Origin: Nostocales cyanobacterium 94392
Lineage (GTDB): Bacteria > Cyanobacteriota > Cyanobacteriia > Cyanobacteriales > Nostocaceae
NCBI GenBank assembly: GCA_035285725.1
Contig: JAYKJL010000131.1
Span: 54,485-118,484 of the forward strand
Reading direction: 5' to 3'
DNA length: 64,000 bases
The notes under the pieces are model-generated. The model worked only from the letters and a program-made list of their open reading frames with translations, had not been told where the DNA came from and made no database searches. Positions 32,246 to 45,409 of the stretch are shown here, piece after piece; positions within the stretch are counted from its first letter, which is position 1, and each line of letters opens with the position of its first letter. The position numbers were made by a program, and so were the translations under genes.

Positions 32246-32470
32246 TTACTTTGGTTTTTCAATATTCTTCTCTATCTTTACCTTTGGCTTCATTTTCTTT
32301 TTTTTACCCAACCAAATTACAATTCCAGTAATCGCTAAACCTGCACTTACAATCACAATCAAAATATAAATAACTGCAACTCCCAATCCGCCAAATTTTG
32401 CAGGCAGTATGAAGAATATTTGTCCAGCCTTTAAACTGTTCTCTTGTCCGGAAATAATTTGAGGTTGGCA
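32246..32470 (-). pseudogene. C-terminal remnant of a PepSY-associated TM helix (PiuB-like) protein, frameshifted
   Basis: Removing the duplicated CTGC (32400-32407 GCAGGCAG) gives WTNILHTAKFGGLGVAVIYILIVIVSAGLAITGIVIWLGKKKK. Confidence 0.65.
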
Positions 32471-32522
32471 GTGTGGTTATACGATAAAATTGTGAAAAAA
32501 TATGGTTAAGGCTTGATTCCAA

Positions 32523-33509
32523 ATGAATTGGTTGCTTTCTACTTCCGCAATTATCTTTGCAGTATTAATTATCAGTATCGCGTTATATTTAATTACCGCT
32601 CGCCGCTATCAATCATCTGATTCTGTAGCTAATTCTTACGACGAATGGACTCAAGATGGTATTTTAGAATTTTACTGGGGTGAACACATCCACTTGGGTT
32701 ATTATGGTTCACCACCACAAAGTAAAAATTTTCTGGTGGCTAAATCCGATTTTGTTCATGAAATGGTGCGTTGGGGTGGTTTAGATAAATTACCTCCCGC
32801 TACCACCGTTTTAGATGTTGGTTGTGGAATTGGGGGTAGTAGCCGTATTTTGGCTGCTGATTACGGTTTTGAGGTTACGGGTGTTACTATCAGTCCGCAA
32901 CAAGTCAGACGTGCTACTGAGTTAACCCCTCCCGGAGTGAGCGCAAAGTTTCTGGTAGATGATGCCATGGCGCTTTCTTTCCCTGATGCTAGTTTTGATG
33001 TAGTATGGTCAATTGAAGCTGGTCCCCATATGCCAGATAAAGCGGTTTTTGCTAAAGAACTAATGCGGGTGTTAAAACCTGGTGGGATATTGGTTGTAGC
33101 TGACTGGAATCAAAGAGATGACCGTCAAAAGCCGTTGAATTTTTGGGAGAAACCAGTAATGCGGCAACTATTAGACCAGTGGTCACATCCAGCTTTTTCC
33201 AGCATCGAAGGCTTTTCCGAACTTTTAGAAGCCACCGGATTTGTTGAAGCACAAGTGATTACCGCAGACTGGACGCAAGAAACACTTCCTTCTTGGTTCG
33301 ATACTATCTGGCAAGGAATAGTTAAACCTCAAGGATGGATGCGTTTTGGAGTATCGGGTTTTATTAAATCAGTGCGGGAAGTACCTACACTTCTCTTGAT
33401 GCGGTTAGCATTTGGTACAGGACTTTGCCGATTTGGGATGTTCCGTGCAGTTAGAGCAAATTCAGTATCAAAATCAGCGGATGTTTCCATGGAAACTGCT
33501 CAAGTTTGA
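32523..33509 (+). CDS. SAM-dependent MPBQ/MSBQ-type methyltransferase (tocopherol/plastoquinone pathway)
   Basis: N-terminal TM; YDEWTQDGILEFYWGEHIHLGYY; VLDVGCGIGGS; WSIEAGPHM. Confidence 0.82.
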   Translation: MNWLLSTSAIIFAVLIISIALYLITARRYQSSDSVANSYDEWTQDGILEFYWGEHIHLGYYGSPPQSKNFLVAKSDFVHEMVRWGGLDKLPPATTVLDVGCGIGGSSRILAADYGFEVTGVTISPQQVRRATELTPPGVSAKFLVDDAMALSFPDASFDVVWSIEAGPHMPDKAVFAKELMRVLKPGGILVVADWNQRDDRQKPLNFWEKPVMRQLLDQWSHPAFSSIEGFSELLEATGFVEAQVITADWTQETLPSWFDTIWQGIVKPQGWMRFGVSGFIKSVREVPTLLLMRLAFGTGLCRFGMFRAVRANSVSKSADVSMETAQV

Positions 33510-33512
33510 TCA

Positions 33513-33612
33513 AGGTCAAAGGTTAAAGGTTAAAGGTTAAAGTGTAATTATTCGTCATAAGTAACAATCAACAACTAACAACTAACCACCAACAACTGTC
33601 AACTGTCAACTA
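33513..33612. repeat. Composite STRR (AAAGGTT)n ... (CAACTAA/CAACTGT)n between convergent genes
   Basis: Mirror image of 42024-42220. Confidence 0.88.
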
Positions 33613-33623
33613 GTGCTTCTCCT

Positions 33624-34799
33624 TTAAAAAAAGTCTGCCATCCAAGGAGATGAACCTGCAAATATCTTTGTAGCGCTTGAAAGTGCGGCTTGTGTTCCAT
33701 CGAGTTTTCCTGCAAGCTGCAATTGTTGGGCTGTAAATAATCCTGTATACAACGGTGCTAGCCCTCTGATGTCTAACTTTAATTCACCTTTACCACCTTT
33801 TACGACATTTCCGCATCCTTTGCTGACAGATAAAATAAATTTACCATTGTTTTCTACTATTAAATCATCTGTTATTTCTAAATGTAATTCGTTTTCAATT
33901 CCTGATAAATAACCGCGTGCGGATAATGCTTTTTCTATATTAATTATTCGCAACATCCAATATTGTGTATACTTGATTTTGGCGGTTTGTTCGGGTAATA
34001 GTAATGTAAGATGATCGGTTAGAGAGCCGCGCCAACGTATTTTATCTATTTGAGCGCGATGATTATTCAGAAATGACCAAAATGTTGTTGCGGCTGCGTT
34101 TGTCAGCACAACCCAATCCCTAACACGTAAAATTGCATCGTCATTTTCTGAATGTTGACTGAATATTATGTAACCCTGGGGTTCCTCTACGGAACCGATG
34201 AGATAAGCGTAGAAAATATTTTGATCGGCAGGTTTCATGATACGATGCCAAATCGGTTGACCGCGATTCAAATATCCATTAATATTTTTTGCTTGTTTTG
34301 TATATAGTTCGTAAAAGATTTGTGAATCGGTAGGAACAGCTTTGACAGATAAAGGTTGTTCGCGAATTTGAATAGTCTCTGCTGGAATTTCCCAACCGCA
34401 AAAACTACCTCCCTGCTCGTATCCTAATTTTCTATATAAACGTTGAGTGGCGGGATAAAGTACGGAGATAGAGACACCGTTGTCATAAAGCTCTTTGATA
34501 GCGTGCTGCATTAAACTTAGTGCTGCACCAGTCCCCCGATGTTCGGGAGTAATACTAACTCCAGCGATTCCCGTCATTGCAACGCTTTCACCACCCCACC
34601 ATTGCGTCATCGGAATAGTTGCTAATCCACCGACTATTTCTTGATTCTGGCGGATTATTCGTAAATTTTCTATCCCCATCAAGTTAACCCAACTTTGTTC
34701 TTGCTCTGGAGTGCTTAAAAAGCATTGTCCCAAAATATTTCCAAATCGCAGAGCATCTTCTAAGTGACAATCGCTACTATATTCAAATTCCGGCTTCAT
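33624..34799 (-). CDS. Eis-like GNAT acetyltransferase
   Basis: IAGVSITPEHRGTGAA, LYPATQRLYRKLGYE, C-terminal SCP2-like domain. Confidence 0.88.
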   Translation of the reverse strand: MKPEFEYSSDCHLEDALRFGNILGQCFLSTPEQEQSWVNLMGIENLRIIRQNQEIVGGLATIPMTQWWGGESVAMTGIAGVSITPEHRGTGAALSLMQHAIKELYDNGVSISVLYPATQRLYRKLGYEQGGSFCGWEIPAETIQIREQPLSVKAVPTDSQIFYELYTKQAKNINGYLNRGQPIWHRIMKPADQNIFYAYLIGSVEEPQGYIIFSQHSENDDAILRVRDWVVLTNAAATTFWSFLNNHRAQIDKIRWRGSLTDHLTLLLPEQTAKIKYTQYWMLRIINIEKALSARGYLSGIENELHLEITDDLIVENNGKFILSVSKGCGNVVKGGKGELKLDIRGLAPLYTGLFTAQQLQLAGKLDGTQAALSSATKIFAGSSPWMADFF

Positions 34800-35005
34800 G
34801 ATATTTACTGCAATAGAGAGTGGATCTCAAAGCATAATACAAAGGCTCGGTATTTTTATTATTTAACTTATAAGTATTTATAAATTTTTATTTCAAAGTA
34901 GCTTGATGGAATTAATAGATAACAGATGATAAGTGCTAATTGAATTTAAATTTAAATAAGATGCAACCCAAGATAACATTAATTGCAATTTTGTTGTTCA
35001 TCAAA

Positions 35006-35335
35006 TTAATTTGATTCCTCCGTATCAGAATCTGTATCATTTGGTCCAGGCATCCATTTGGGAGTATGAACAGGTGATTGTGCTTCGACTCTACCAACAA
35101 TTGATGCTGCTGCACCACACATAACCACTACTATTTGAGCAATATCTTGACCATAGTTTACAGATTCTCCTTTCAAGATTGCATCAACATCTTCGCCGAC
35201 AATGGGAGCTATTGCTGCGGTTGATGTGAAGACAATACCCCAAAAAGTTTTGCTCCCAAATAAGCTTTTGCTTTTGTGATTCATATCGTTTGACTGTTGA
35301 TGATGTTGTTCTTGTGGATGATTGAAAGCGGTCAT
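35006..35335 (-). CDS. Small hypothetical membrane protein (2 TM)
   Basis: SKTFWGIVFTSTAAIAP...IAQIVVVMCGAAASIVGR; isolated ORF with coding-like composition. Confidence 0.65.
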   Translation of the reverse strand: MTAFNHPQEQHHQQSNDMNHKSKSLFGSKTFWGIVFTSTAAIAPIVGEDVDAILKGESVNYGQDIAQIVVVMCGAAASIVGRVEAQSPVHTPKWMPGPNDTDSDTEESN

Positions 35336-35504
35336 AATTCTATTTTTTCACTCCGAAACAGTTAAGATGATTAAAAAAGTTTTGTGATTTAAACTTCACC
35401 GTAAAAACCCCAGTTTCGGAAATATTTGTGAAAAAAATTCAAATACTTGTACCATTTTTATATGAAGTTTATATGAAGCTGTTAGGGTAAAATAAACTCG
35501 ACTT

Positions 35505-37562
<2,058 letters not shown>

Positions 37563-37717
37563 TTATGCCTCCTTTAAAAGTTTGGGAATAAAGGTTTAAT
37601 ATAAAAGGTATTTAGTGCATTTGTACTAAAAATGTTACTGGTTGTCAAGATTTGTTTTTTAACGCAGAGTCACGCTGAGGGAAGCGCAGAGGGGTGATGA
37701 GAGGAGAACGAATAATC

Positions 37718-38200
37718 TCAATCTACTCGACAACGCCCTTCATCATCGCAACCAAGTCTTTCCTGACGCTCTTTAATAACCGTTTCTAAACTAGGTCTTC
37801 CTGTCAAACGCAACCGCAAATCCGCCCAAATACCGTAGATAAAGTTAGCTAAAGCCCCCAAAATCGGTAACTTGGTAATTGCATAAACCCAACCCATTCC
37901 CAAAGCTTCGTAAACTCGACGGAAAACTTCAACGTTTTTAATTACCGTACCGTCGGGTAATATTCCGTGAATTCTTCCCATCGCGGTTTCAAAATCAACC
38001 CCAGCATTTTCTTCTGGATTGTAATCATCCGCTGCAATATCTACAAATACAACCTTACCTCTGCCGGCATCGCGCTTTTGCAAAAAGTTCACTTCGCGCA
38101 AACATAAAGGACATTCACCGTCGTAAAGTAGCTTGATTTCCCAATTCGTTTGGTTGAGGTTTTGACTGGAATTATTTACGGTGCTGATTGAGGAAGACAT
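37718..38200 (-). CDS. DCC1-like thiol-disulfide oxidoreductase (DUF393)
   Basis: LLYDGECPLC motif. Confidence 0.88.
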   Translation of the reverse strand: MSSSISTVNNSSQNLNQTNWEIKLLYDGECPLCLREVNFLQKRDAGRGKVVFVDIAADDYNPEENAGVDFETAMGRIHGILPDGTVIKNVEVFRRVYEALGMGWVYAITKLPILGALANFIYGIWADLRLRLTGRPSLETVIKERQERLGCDDEGRCRVD

Positions 38201-38491
38201 AGTTTAAGTAAATTTAATGATGATATATGACTAATATCTATTATCGTGTCAAATTTTGAAGAAAAGTGAAGTAAAAAGGGAGTAGGGAGTAGGAGGAGAT
38301 AACTACAGAACCAATCGTTAAACTTATATCAAATCAGGATGATTAATTATTATTCCCCCAATCCTACTACCTGCTCCCTAATCCCTGCTCCCTTTCTATG
38401 ATTACCTTCGACAAAAACTGATAAATAAAACGTTACAAACTCTAGTAAAATATTTTTAATCATAAAATAAGTATTTTTTCTCATTGACATC

Positions 38492-40174
38492 ATGGCGGAA
38501 CATTTTCCTTGGCTGACCGCAATAGTTTTATTCCCACTCGTTGCTTCCTTGCTTATTCCCCTATTGCCGGATAAAGATGGTAAATTCGTGCGATGGTATG
38601 CCGTTGGTGTGGGTATGGCGGACTTTTTCTTGATGTGTTTTACCTTTTGGCGGCATTACGATGCAAGCAATGCAAGTTTTCAACTAGCGGAAAGTTATGC
38701 TTGGGTACCTCAGTTGGGTTTTAACTGGGCTGTTTCCGTTGATGGTTTGTCTGTTCCTTTAGTACTTTTGGCGGGATTTGTGACGACGCTGGCGATGTTT
38801 TCCGCTTGGCAGGTTGATCGCAGACCGCGTTTATTTTATTTTCTGATGTTGGTGCTGTATTCGGCACAGGTGGGGGTATTTGTTGCCCAAGATTTAATGC
38901 TGTTCTTTATTATGTGGGAAGTGGAACTAGTTCCCGTATATTTACTAGTGAATATTTGGGGCGGCAAAAAGCGACGTTATGCAGCAACTAAGTTTATACT
39001 CTATACCGCAGCCGCTTCTATATTTATTTTAGTCGCCGCGATCGCAATGGCGCTTTATGGCGGGGATAATGTAACTTTTGATATCGCGACTTTGGCAACA
39101 AAGAATTATTCTCTGGGTTTAGAACTATTAATGTATGCGGGATTATTGATTGCTTTTGGTGTCAAATTAGCTATTTTCCCGTTACATACTTGGCTACCGG
39201 ATGCTCACGGTGAAGCTTCTGCTCCCGTATCGATGATTTTGGCGGGTGTATTGCTGAAAATGGGCGGATACGGATTAATTAGGATTAATTTAGAAATTCT
39301 TCCCGACGCACATATTTATTTTGCACCAGTTTTAGCAACTCTTGGGGTAATTAATATTATCTATGGAGCTTTAAATTCCTTTGCTCAAACTCATATGAAG
39401 CGACGTTTGGCTTATTCTTCAGTTTCTCACATGGGGTTTGTACTGCTGGGTATCGCTTCTTTCACTGATTTGGGAATCAACGGTGCGATGTTGCAGATGA
39501 TTTCCCACGGTTTAATTGCGTCGGTATTATTCTTCCTGGCTGGTGTAACTTACGACCGCACTCATACAATGAAAATGGATGATATGGGTGGTATTGGGCA
39601 AGTAATGCCGAAAGTTTTCGCTTTGTCTACAATGGCTGCAATGGCTTCCTTAGCTCTTCCGGGAATGAGCGGATTTATCAGCGAACTTTCGGTATTAGTT
39701 GGTGTCACCACCAGCGATATTTACAGTTCCACTTTCTGTACAGTAACGGTTTTTCTAGCTTCAGTAGGAATTATTCTGACACCAATTTATCTACTTGACT
39801 TGTTGAAACAGGTATTTTACGGCGAAGGGAAAGTTATTTGCGATATTGGGAATGCGAAATTTGAAAACTTAGAAGCAGAAGGTACGGCTTGTTTTGGTAC
39901 AGATTGCGCTTTACCTGATGAATCAGTTTATAGAGATGCTAGCCCCCGCGAAGTGTTTATTGCAGCTTGTTTCCTAGTGGTAATTATCGGTATCGGGTTT
40001 TATCCCAAAGTAGCAATGCAGATGTATGACGTAAAGACAGTAGCGGTAAATGCTCATGTGCGTCAATCTTATACTGAAATTTCCCAAACTAATCCCGGTA
40101 TTTACGCGAAAGGATTTTTGACACCGAAAATTGCAGAATCCGAAGTCATACCAGTTTTGGGCGCTATCAAATAA
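38492..40174 (+). CDS. ndhD: NAD(P)H-quinone oxidoreductase subunit 4 (NdhD2-like, with Cys-containing C-terminal insert)
   Basis: [43 protein letters not shown]; ICDIG...ACFGTDC extension. Confidence 0.92.
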   Translation: MAEHFPWLTAIVLFPLVASLLIPLLPDKDGKFVRWYAVGVGMADFFLMCFTFWRHYDASNASFQLAESYAWVPQLGFNWAVSVDGLSVPLVLLAGFVTTLAMFSAWQVDRRPRLFYFLMLVLYSAQVGVFVAQDLMLFFIMWEVELVPVYLLVNIWGGKKRRYAATKFILYTAAASIFILVAAIAMALYGGDNVTFDIATLATKNYSLGLELLMYAGLLIAFGVKLAIFPLHTWLPDAHGEASAPVSMILAGVLLKMGGYGLIRINLEILPDAHIYFAPVLATLGVINIIYGALNSFAQTHMKRRLAYSSVSHMGFVLLGIASFTDLGINGAMLQMISHGLIASVLFFLAGVTYDRTHTMKMDDMGGIGQVMPKVFALSTMAAMASLALPGMSGFISELSVLVGVTTSDIYSSTFCTVTVFLASVGIILTPIYLLDLLKQVFYGEGKVICDIGNAKFENLEAEGTACFGTDCALPDESVYRDASPREVFIAACFLVVIIGIGFYPKVAMQMYDVKTVAVNAHVRQSYTEISQTNPGIYAKGFLTPKIAESEVIPVLGAIK

Positions 40175-40186
40175 GAATTAAATTAT

Positions 40187-40312
40187 CAGGACTTACGCAA
40201 TTGTCACAAAACCCTGGTTGGTGCGTGACACTACAACCTCATTATTGCGTTAATAATCAAGCGAAGCGTCACAGCACCCTACAAGAAAAATGTGCCGGTT
40301 GCGTAAGTCCTA
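40187..40312 (+). mobile_element. 126-bp MITE, second copy, 5-bp TSD ATTAT
   Basis: ATTAT at 40182-40186 and 40313-40317; TIR CAGGACTTACGCAA / TTGCGTAAGTCCTA. Confidence 0.88.
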
Positions 40313-40664
40313 ATTATGTTTAAGAAAATCGCATAATTAATGTAGAGACGTTGCAGTGCAACGTCTTTATTTATTATTTGGTAATCAGTAAAAATTACCG
40401 AATCAATTTGATTACAAGTATTTAACCAGACATACTATCAAATATCAATTATAGGTAATTTATATCACGGCATAAACAATAAAACCGTATTTATATTGAG
40501 AAAAGACCGCTATTATTTATATAGTTGCTGTATGTAAAAAATGCTGTCCTTACCGAACAGAAATATCTAATTAGGGTAAGTAACGACTTGTAGAAAAAGA
40601 GATGATAGCGGGGATAGGGAACCGTTAACAGTTAACAAGGAATAATAACTAATCATCGCTCATA

Positions 40665-40806
40665 TGATATTAAATCAGTGAACAGTCAAGAGTTATCAGT
40701 TATCACGGTTTGAGTCGGGGTTAAATCCCCGACTCAAACACACCACTTTTAGCAGTGGGGGACTCTGACTCCCAATTGATTTACAGTTTTTAACTGATAA
40801 CTGTTA
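40665..40806. repeat. Structured dispersed repeat, copy 2
   Basis: Homologous to 4671-4826. Confidence 0.85.
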
Positions 40807-40950
40807 AAGCCATACTACAACCAAACTAATCAACTATACAATAACCACAACAAGCCTTTGCCGTAATGCTCTGGGTATTGCAATTTGTAATTTTAAATGT
40901 AATGCAACTCTGACAGGGCAATCGCAAACGACCTGTAAAATTGGAAAGCG

Positions 40951-42027
40951 ATGAAAAAACCAGTTTACTCAATATTAGAACAAAAATATCGTCGCATCCA
41001 AAAAGAATTAATGATTGGAGCACTCGCTCTTTGCGGGGTGTTACTGACGGGGACTTTATGGTACAGATTTGTAGAAAAGTGGACATGGGAAGACGCTACA
41101 TATATGACGGTGATTACCTTGTCAACCGTTGGTTATGGGGAAACTCAACCTTTAGGAAGCCGGGGAAGATTATTTACTGTTGCCCTAATTTTAATGGGTG
41201 TAATTACTATTGCTTATATTGTTAATCGATTTACAGAAGCAGTAATTCAAGGATATTTTCAAGAAGGAATTCGACTTAGACAACAACGGCGAACAATGGA
41301 ATCTTTATCTAAACATTATATTATTTGCGGATTTAGTCGTACAGGTCGGCAAATCGCCCAGGAATTTGAGGCAGAAGATGTACCTTTTGTAATTGTTGAC
41401 TTGGGATTAGAAACTGTTAGAAAAGCACAAGAAGAAGGTTATACCATATATCAAGGTGATGCAACTTCAGATGAAACTTTGATACTTGTAGGAATAGAGC
41501 GAGCTATTTGTATTGTCGCTGCATTACCATCAGATGCAGAAAATTTGTATATAGTACTTTCAGCAAAAGCACTGAATCCACAAATCAGGGCGATCGCCCG
41601 CGCCAGTACGGAAGAAGCGTTACAAAAATTACAAAGAGCCGGTGCAGACGCAGTAGTTTCACCTTACATCACCGGCGGTAGAAGAATGGCTGCTGCGGCT
41701 TTAAGACCCCAAGTAATGGATTTTGTGGATGGTATTATATCAGGAAGAGGTCGCGAATTGTATATGGAAGAAGTTTTAATTGACCGCAATACTTGTCCCT
41801 TTGTTGGTCAAAGTTTAGGACAAGCAAGATTGCGAGCGCAAACTGGAGCATTAGTTCTGGCTATTCGTCGTGCGAATGGTGAGTTAATTGGCGGTCCGAC
41901 AGCTGATACTATTTTAATGTCAGGAGATGTAATGATCAGCATGGGGACAGCTGAACAATTACGCGCTCTTAACAAAATACTTGGACCAATAGACTCTAAA
42001 CCACTACGGAAGCCGAAGAAGAGTTGA
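40951..42027 (+). CDS. Potassium channel with TrkA-N/TrkA-C (RCK) domains
   Basis: TVGYGE selectivity filter; CGFSRTG Rossmann motif; GDAT. Confidence 0.92.
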   Translation: MKKPVYSILEQKYRRIQKELMIGALALCGVLLTGTLWYRFVEKWTWEDATYMTVITLSTVGYGETQPLGSRGRLFTVALILMGVITIAYIVNRFTEAVIQGYFQEGIRLRQQRRTMESLSKHYIICGFSRTGRQIAQEFEAEDVPFVIVDLGLETVRKAQEEGYTIYQGDATSDETLILVGIERAICIVAALPSDAENLYIVLSAKALNPQIRAIARASTEEALQKLQRAGADAVVSPYITGGRRMAAAALRPQVMDFVDGIISGRGRELYMEEVLIDRNTCPFVGQSLGQARLRAQTGALVLAIRRANGELIGGPTADTILMSGDVMISMGTAEQLRALNKILGPIDSKPLRKPKKS

Positions 42028-42220
42028 CAGTTGTTAGTTTTTGGTTGTTAGTTGTTGGTTGTTAGTTGTTAGTTGTTGGTTGTTAGTTGTTGGTTGTTGG
42101 TTGTTAGTTGTTGGTTGTTAGTTGTTAGTTGTTAGTTGTTGGTTGTTGGTTTTTGCTTATGAAAAATTATTACACTTTAACCTTTAACCTTTAACCTTTA
42201 ACCTTTAACCTTTAACCTTT
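42024..42220. repeat. Composite STRR (TTGTTAG/TTGTTGG)n ... (AACCTTT)n
   Basis: About 17 + 6 heptamers between convergent genes; the second array supplies the stop of 42212. Confidence 0.92.
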
Positions 42221-42787
42221 TTTCTCCCAACCGTGTAAACTAGCAATACTTTGGATTGTGCGGACGATGATGGTTTGGGATGCTGCTGATATTAAAATAC
42301 TAGGATAAACTGCCGCACCCCATTTAGGATGAATTAATACGCGGCATTGATTGCAAATTATGGGATATTGAAGTAGAGCTTTGACAACCGCAGTGTCATC
42401 GTGGGGAATTTGTCCGGGACGAGATAATAGTGGATAGCCGGTACGAGGATCGATTAGATCTGTGAGATAGTTTTGCTCTCGTAATTCAAATGCAACATCG
42501 CAAGCAAATCTCATAAATCTTGCTCGTAAGCGCTGCTTTTCCGTTTCTATTTGCGGTGAACTTTCTATAAGTGTAAAGCGAGATTGTTGTAAAACAATGA
42601 CTACAGACATTTCTAACTTGTTCTTCCAATCCGGTAATATCCGTTCGCAATTATTAAAAATATACCGGCTGGGGGGGTGAATTGAAATTTGAATCTCTTC
42701 TCCCGTTTGACTAACCAAGTCAATTTTATAGTTTTGTTTAGAAGAGAAAATTTTTGGATAGCTCACTAATTGAATAGGTTTTTCCAA
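42212..42787 (-). CDS. CblD/MMADHC-like protein
   Basis: TDLIDPRTGYPL, HPKWGAAVYPS, recalled as typical of the cyanobacterial CblD-like family. Confidence 0.7.
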   Translation of the reverse strand: MEKPIQLVSYPKIFSSKQNYKIDLVSQTGEEIQISIHPPSRYIFNNCERILPDWKNKLEMSVVIVLQQSRFTLIESSPQIETEKQRLRARFMRFACDVAFELREQNYLTDLIDPRTGYPLLSRPGQIPHDDTAVVKALLQYPIICNQCRVLIHPKWGAAVYPSILISAASQTIIVRTIQSIASLHGWEKKG

Positions 42788-42949
42788 TTGCTTATCCTTG
42801 GTTATAGATAGTAACTATACTTTGGGATACATAAATATCATCAATTATTAATTATCAATTATCGCAGAACATTTATCAACGAATATTGAAAAAATTATAA
42901 TTGTTCATTTAGCTTTATACTATTCCTCCTTAAGAGTTCCCTATAACTA

Positions 42950-43156
42950 TTAATTCAGTTTTAAAGAATTAACTGGAACTTCATCCCAAGAGTTTACTGT
43001 TCTGATTTGCGCTATCCAACCGGCTGCTAACTGTTTTTCGCTTAAATTATTCTTAAAAGACTCATGACAATCTTGTGCTTGAGATTCGTCACAGCAAGCA
43101 ATACAAGCATAAATTAATCCAGAGGGATCTATTTGCTCGTTTACCCAAATAGTCAT
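42950..43156 (-). CDS. Small conserved Cys-containing hypothetical protein
   Basis: MTIWVNEQIDPSGLIYACIACCDE...C; RBS-like AAGGA upstream. Confidence 0.75.
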   Translation of the reverse strand: MTIWVNEQIDPSGLIYACIACCDESQAQDCHESFKNNLSEKQLAAGWIAQIRTVNSWDEVPVNSLKLN

Positions 43157-43176
43157 TTTTGATTTCCTTCCTTATA

Positions 43177-43246
43177 AAGGTTAAAGGTTAAAGGTTAAAG
43201 GTTAGAGGTTAAAGGTTAACTGTCAACTGTCAACTGTCAACTGTCC
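43177..43246. repeat. STRR (AAAGGTT)n(CAACTGT)n
   Basis: Between the exbB stop and the next start. Confidence 0.88.
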
Positions 43247-43247
43247 A

Positions 43248-43883
43248 CTAAGTTTTTTCTCGTTCATAATGACGACGGTAAAGCAGTTCTAATTGTCCAC
43301 CATATTCTTGAATTAATGCGATTTGTCGCTGGTATAATCCCCGGAAGGTGTTGGCGAATAACAATGTAAAAATAGCAACTACTAATCCTGCTGCTGTAGA
43401 AACTAATGCTTCGCTGATTCCACCTGTGACGTTGGTTGTTTCTGTTCCTCCAACATTACCGAGGTTGAGTGAAGCAAAAGAAGTAATTAATCCTAAAACT
43501 GTTCCTAAAAGTCCGAGTAAGGGTGAAAGCGAAATAACTGTATCGAAGATGTTTTGAAAACGTTTAAGTAAAGGGATTTCGGCTTGGGCTTCACTTTCTA
43601 AAGCTAAACGAAACTCTTCTGGGTTTGCTTCTTCTAATTCTAAAGCTGCTAAAAATATTCGAGCAATGGGTAAATCGGTATTTTGCTTGAGTTTATCTAA
43701 AGCACCAACAACATTATCTAGACGATAAAGTTTGAGTACTTGCTCAACTACACGGGTTTGACGGCTGTTGATTTTTGTCCAAAAGCGAATGCGTTCGATA
43801 ATTAATGCTACCACCAACATCGAAAAAAACAGCAGCGGTATCATTACTATTCCACCGGCTGTAAACAAATTTATAATTCCCAT
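43248..43883 (-). CDS. exbB: MotA/TolQ/ExbB proton-channel protein; no adjacent exbD
   Basis: SPLLGLLGTVLG, GISEALVSTAAGLVVAI. Confidence 0.9.
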   Translation of the reverse strand: MGIINLFTAGGIVMIPLLFFSMLVVALIIERIRFWTKINSRQTRVVEQVLKLYRLDNVVGALDKLKQNTDLPIARIFLAALELEEANPEEFRLALESEAQAEIPLLKRFQNIFDTVISLSPLLGLLGTVLGLITSFASLNLGNVGGTETTNVTGGISEALVSTAAGLVVAIFTLLFANTFRGLYQRQIALIQEYGGQLELLYRRHYEREKT

Positions 43884-43989
43884 AGGCTTTTAATACTTGT
43901 CAACAAAGCAAACTTAGACTAACTAAGTGCTTTTTACAATACTTTATGCGATACATTTTGAGAAATTTTGGCAAAAATTTTCAAAAATT

Positions 43990-45156
43990 TTAAAAAATAT
44001 CTGCGGGGTTGGCAGATTGTAATTTTTTAATCGCGGTTGTACCGGAAATCAAGCACATGATTACTGTTAACACAAATACTGCAATACTTCTTTGAGGAGT
44101 CATAAAAATAGGCAACATGGTAGATTCTGATGCTAGTTGATAAATTGCTAAAGTCATTGTAAATCCTGGAATGTAGCCTAATATAGCTAAAATTAATGAC
44201 TCTTGTAATAGCACTCCTACTAAATAGCGATCGCGATATCCCATTGCTTTGAGGGTAGCGTATTGCGGTAGATTGTTGGCGACATCGGAATACATAATTT
44301 GATACACAACCATAATCCCCACAATAAAGGAAACAATTACACCTAAACCAAATATAAAACCGATAGGTGTAGATTTTTGCCAATAAGTTTTTTCTGCGGT
44401 TTCAAAATCGGAAGCTGTGAAAATCATTACGTCGTCTGGTAAACTAGCTTCTAAGTTTTGGCTCACTTGCTTGATATCGGCATTACTTTTAAGTTTTATT
44501 AAACCAACTTGAATTTTAGAAATAGGAGTATAGGGAAATAAATTTAAAAATGTTGTATCGCTGGTAATTACATTGCCATATGCTGCAAAGGATGCACCCA
44601 AAGTAAATAAACCACCAACTCGAATTTTGATCCCATTAAGTTCAGTTTCAACGCTGGATTGTTGTTCAAATAAACTGGCTATGGGACCAAAAGCCGGTAA
44701 TGATGCTTGATCAAATAATACTGTATCGGGTTTTTGTAATTCAGAAATATTTTGATTAATTTGGGGATATTTAAATGCTGTTGTACGTGGATCGGTACCT
44801 AGTACTAAAATAGTTTGTGTGCGTTGGGTTTGGGGATTTTTCCAACTTCCTAAGCCGATGTACAAGGGACTAACGGACTCTACTCCTTCAAATCCCAATG
44901 CTTGATGTAAGCGTCTTCGAGAAAAGTTTTTGACTGAATATACTGATTCAAAATGGCGATTAACTAACACTAAATCGGCATTTAAGCTTCTGTGTGGTGC
45001 TGTTGAACTGTTAAATAGTGAAGCTTCAAAACCCATTTGGGCAAAAATGAGAATATTTGCAAAAGCAATACCAGCCATAGCAATTGCCAGACGAGTTTTA
45101 TCTTTCATCAACTGTCTTAAGGCTATAGGGGTTTTGCAGAAAAAATGGCGAAGCAT
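43990..45156 (-). CDS. devC: DevC-family ABC exporter permease; no adjacent devA/devB
   Basis: IALRQLMKDKTRLAIA, QIMYSDVANNLPQYATLKAMGY, ANPADIF. Confidence 0.85.
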   Translation of the reverse strand: MLRHFFCKTPIALRQLMKDKTRLAIAMAGIAFANILIFAQMGFEASLFNSSTAPHRSLNADLVLVNRHFESVYSVKNFSRRRLHQALGFEGVESVSPLYIGLGSWKNPQTQRTQTILVLGTDPRTTAFKYPQINQNISELQKPDTVLFDQASLPAFGPIASLFEQQSSVETELNGIKIRVGGLFTLGASFAAYGNVITSDTTFLNLFPYTPISKIQVGLIKLKSNADIKQVSQNLEASLPDDVMIFTASDFETAEKTYWQKSTPIGFIFGLGVIVSFIVGIMVVYQIMYSDVANNLPQYATLKAMGYRDRYLVGVLLQESLILAILGYIPGFTMTLAIYQLASESTMLPIFMTPQRSIAVFVLTVIMCLISGTTAIKKLQSANPADIF

Positions 45157-45409
45157 CTATCGCTGTCTCCTTGTGAAGCCGATTGCTATTACTATTTTTT
45201 ATAGATGTTTCACATCCACTACATCTAAAACCCCATGATATTTTGTTTAATCTTGAAAAACAGTTACTAGGAAGGTTTTTTTATTTTTTTTTGTTTTTAC
45301 CGTTACTAGTCAAATAAAACATCTGTATTCTACGTAATATCAGTTTGTTTGAAAAGTTAATCAACATTTTTTATTCAGTATTAACTGTACGGATTAAGCT
45401 TAAATAATT

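Noticed and set aside
32304-32522. 72-aa ORF in the track
   Set aside because: Chimeric reading across the frameshift of the PepSY-TM remnant
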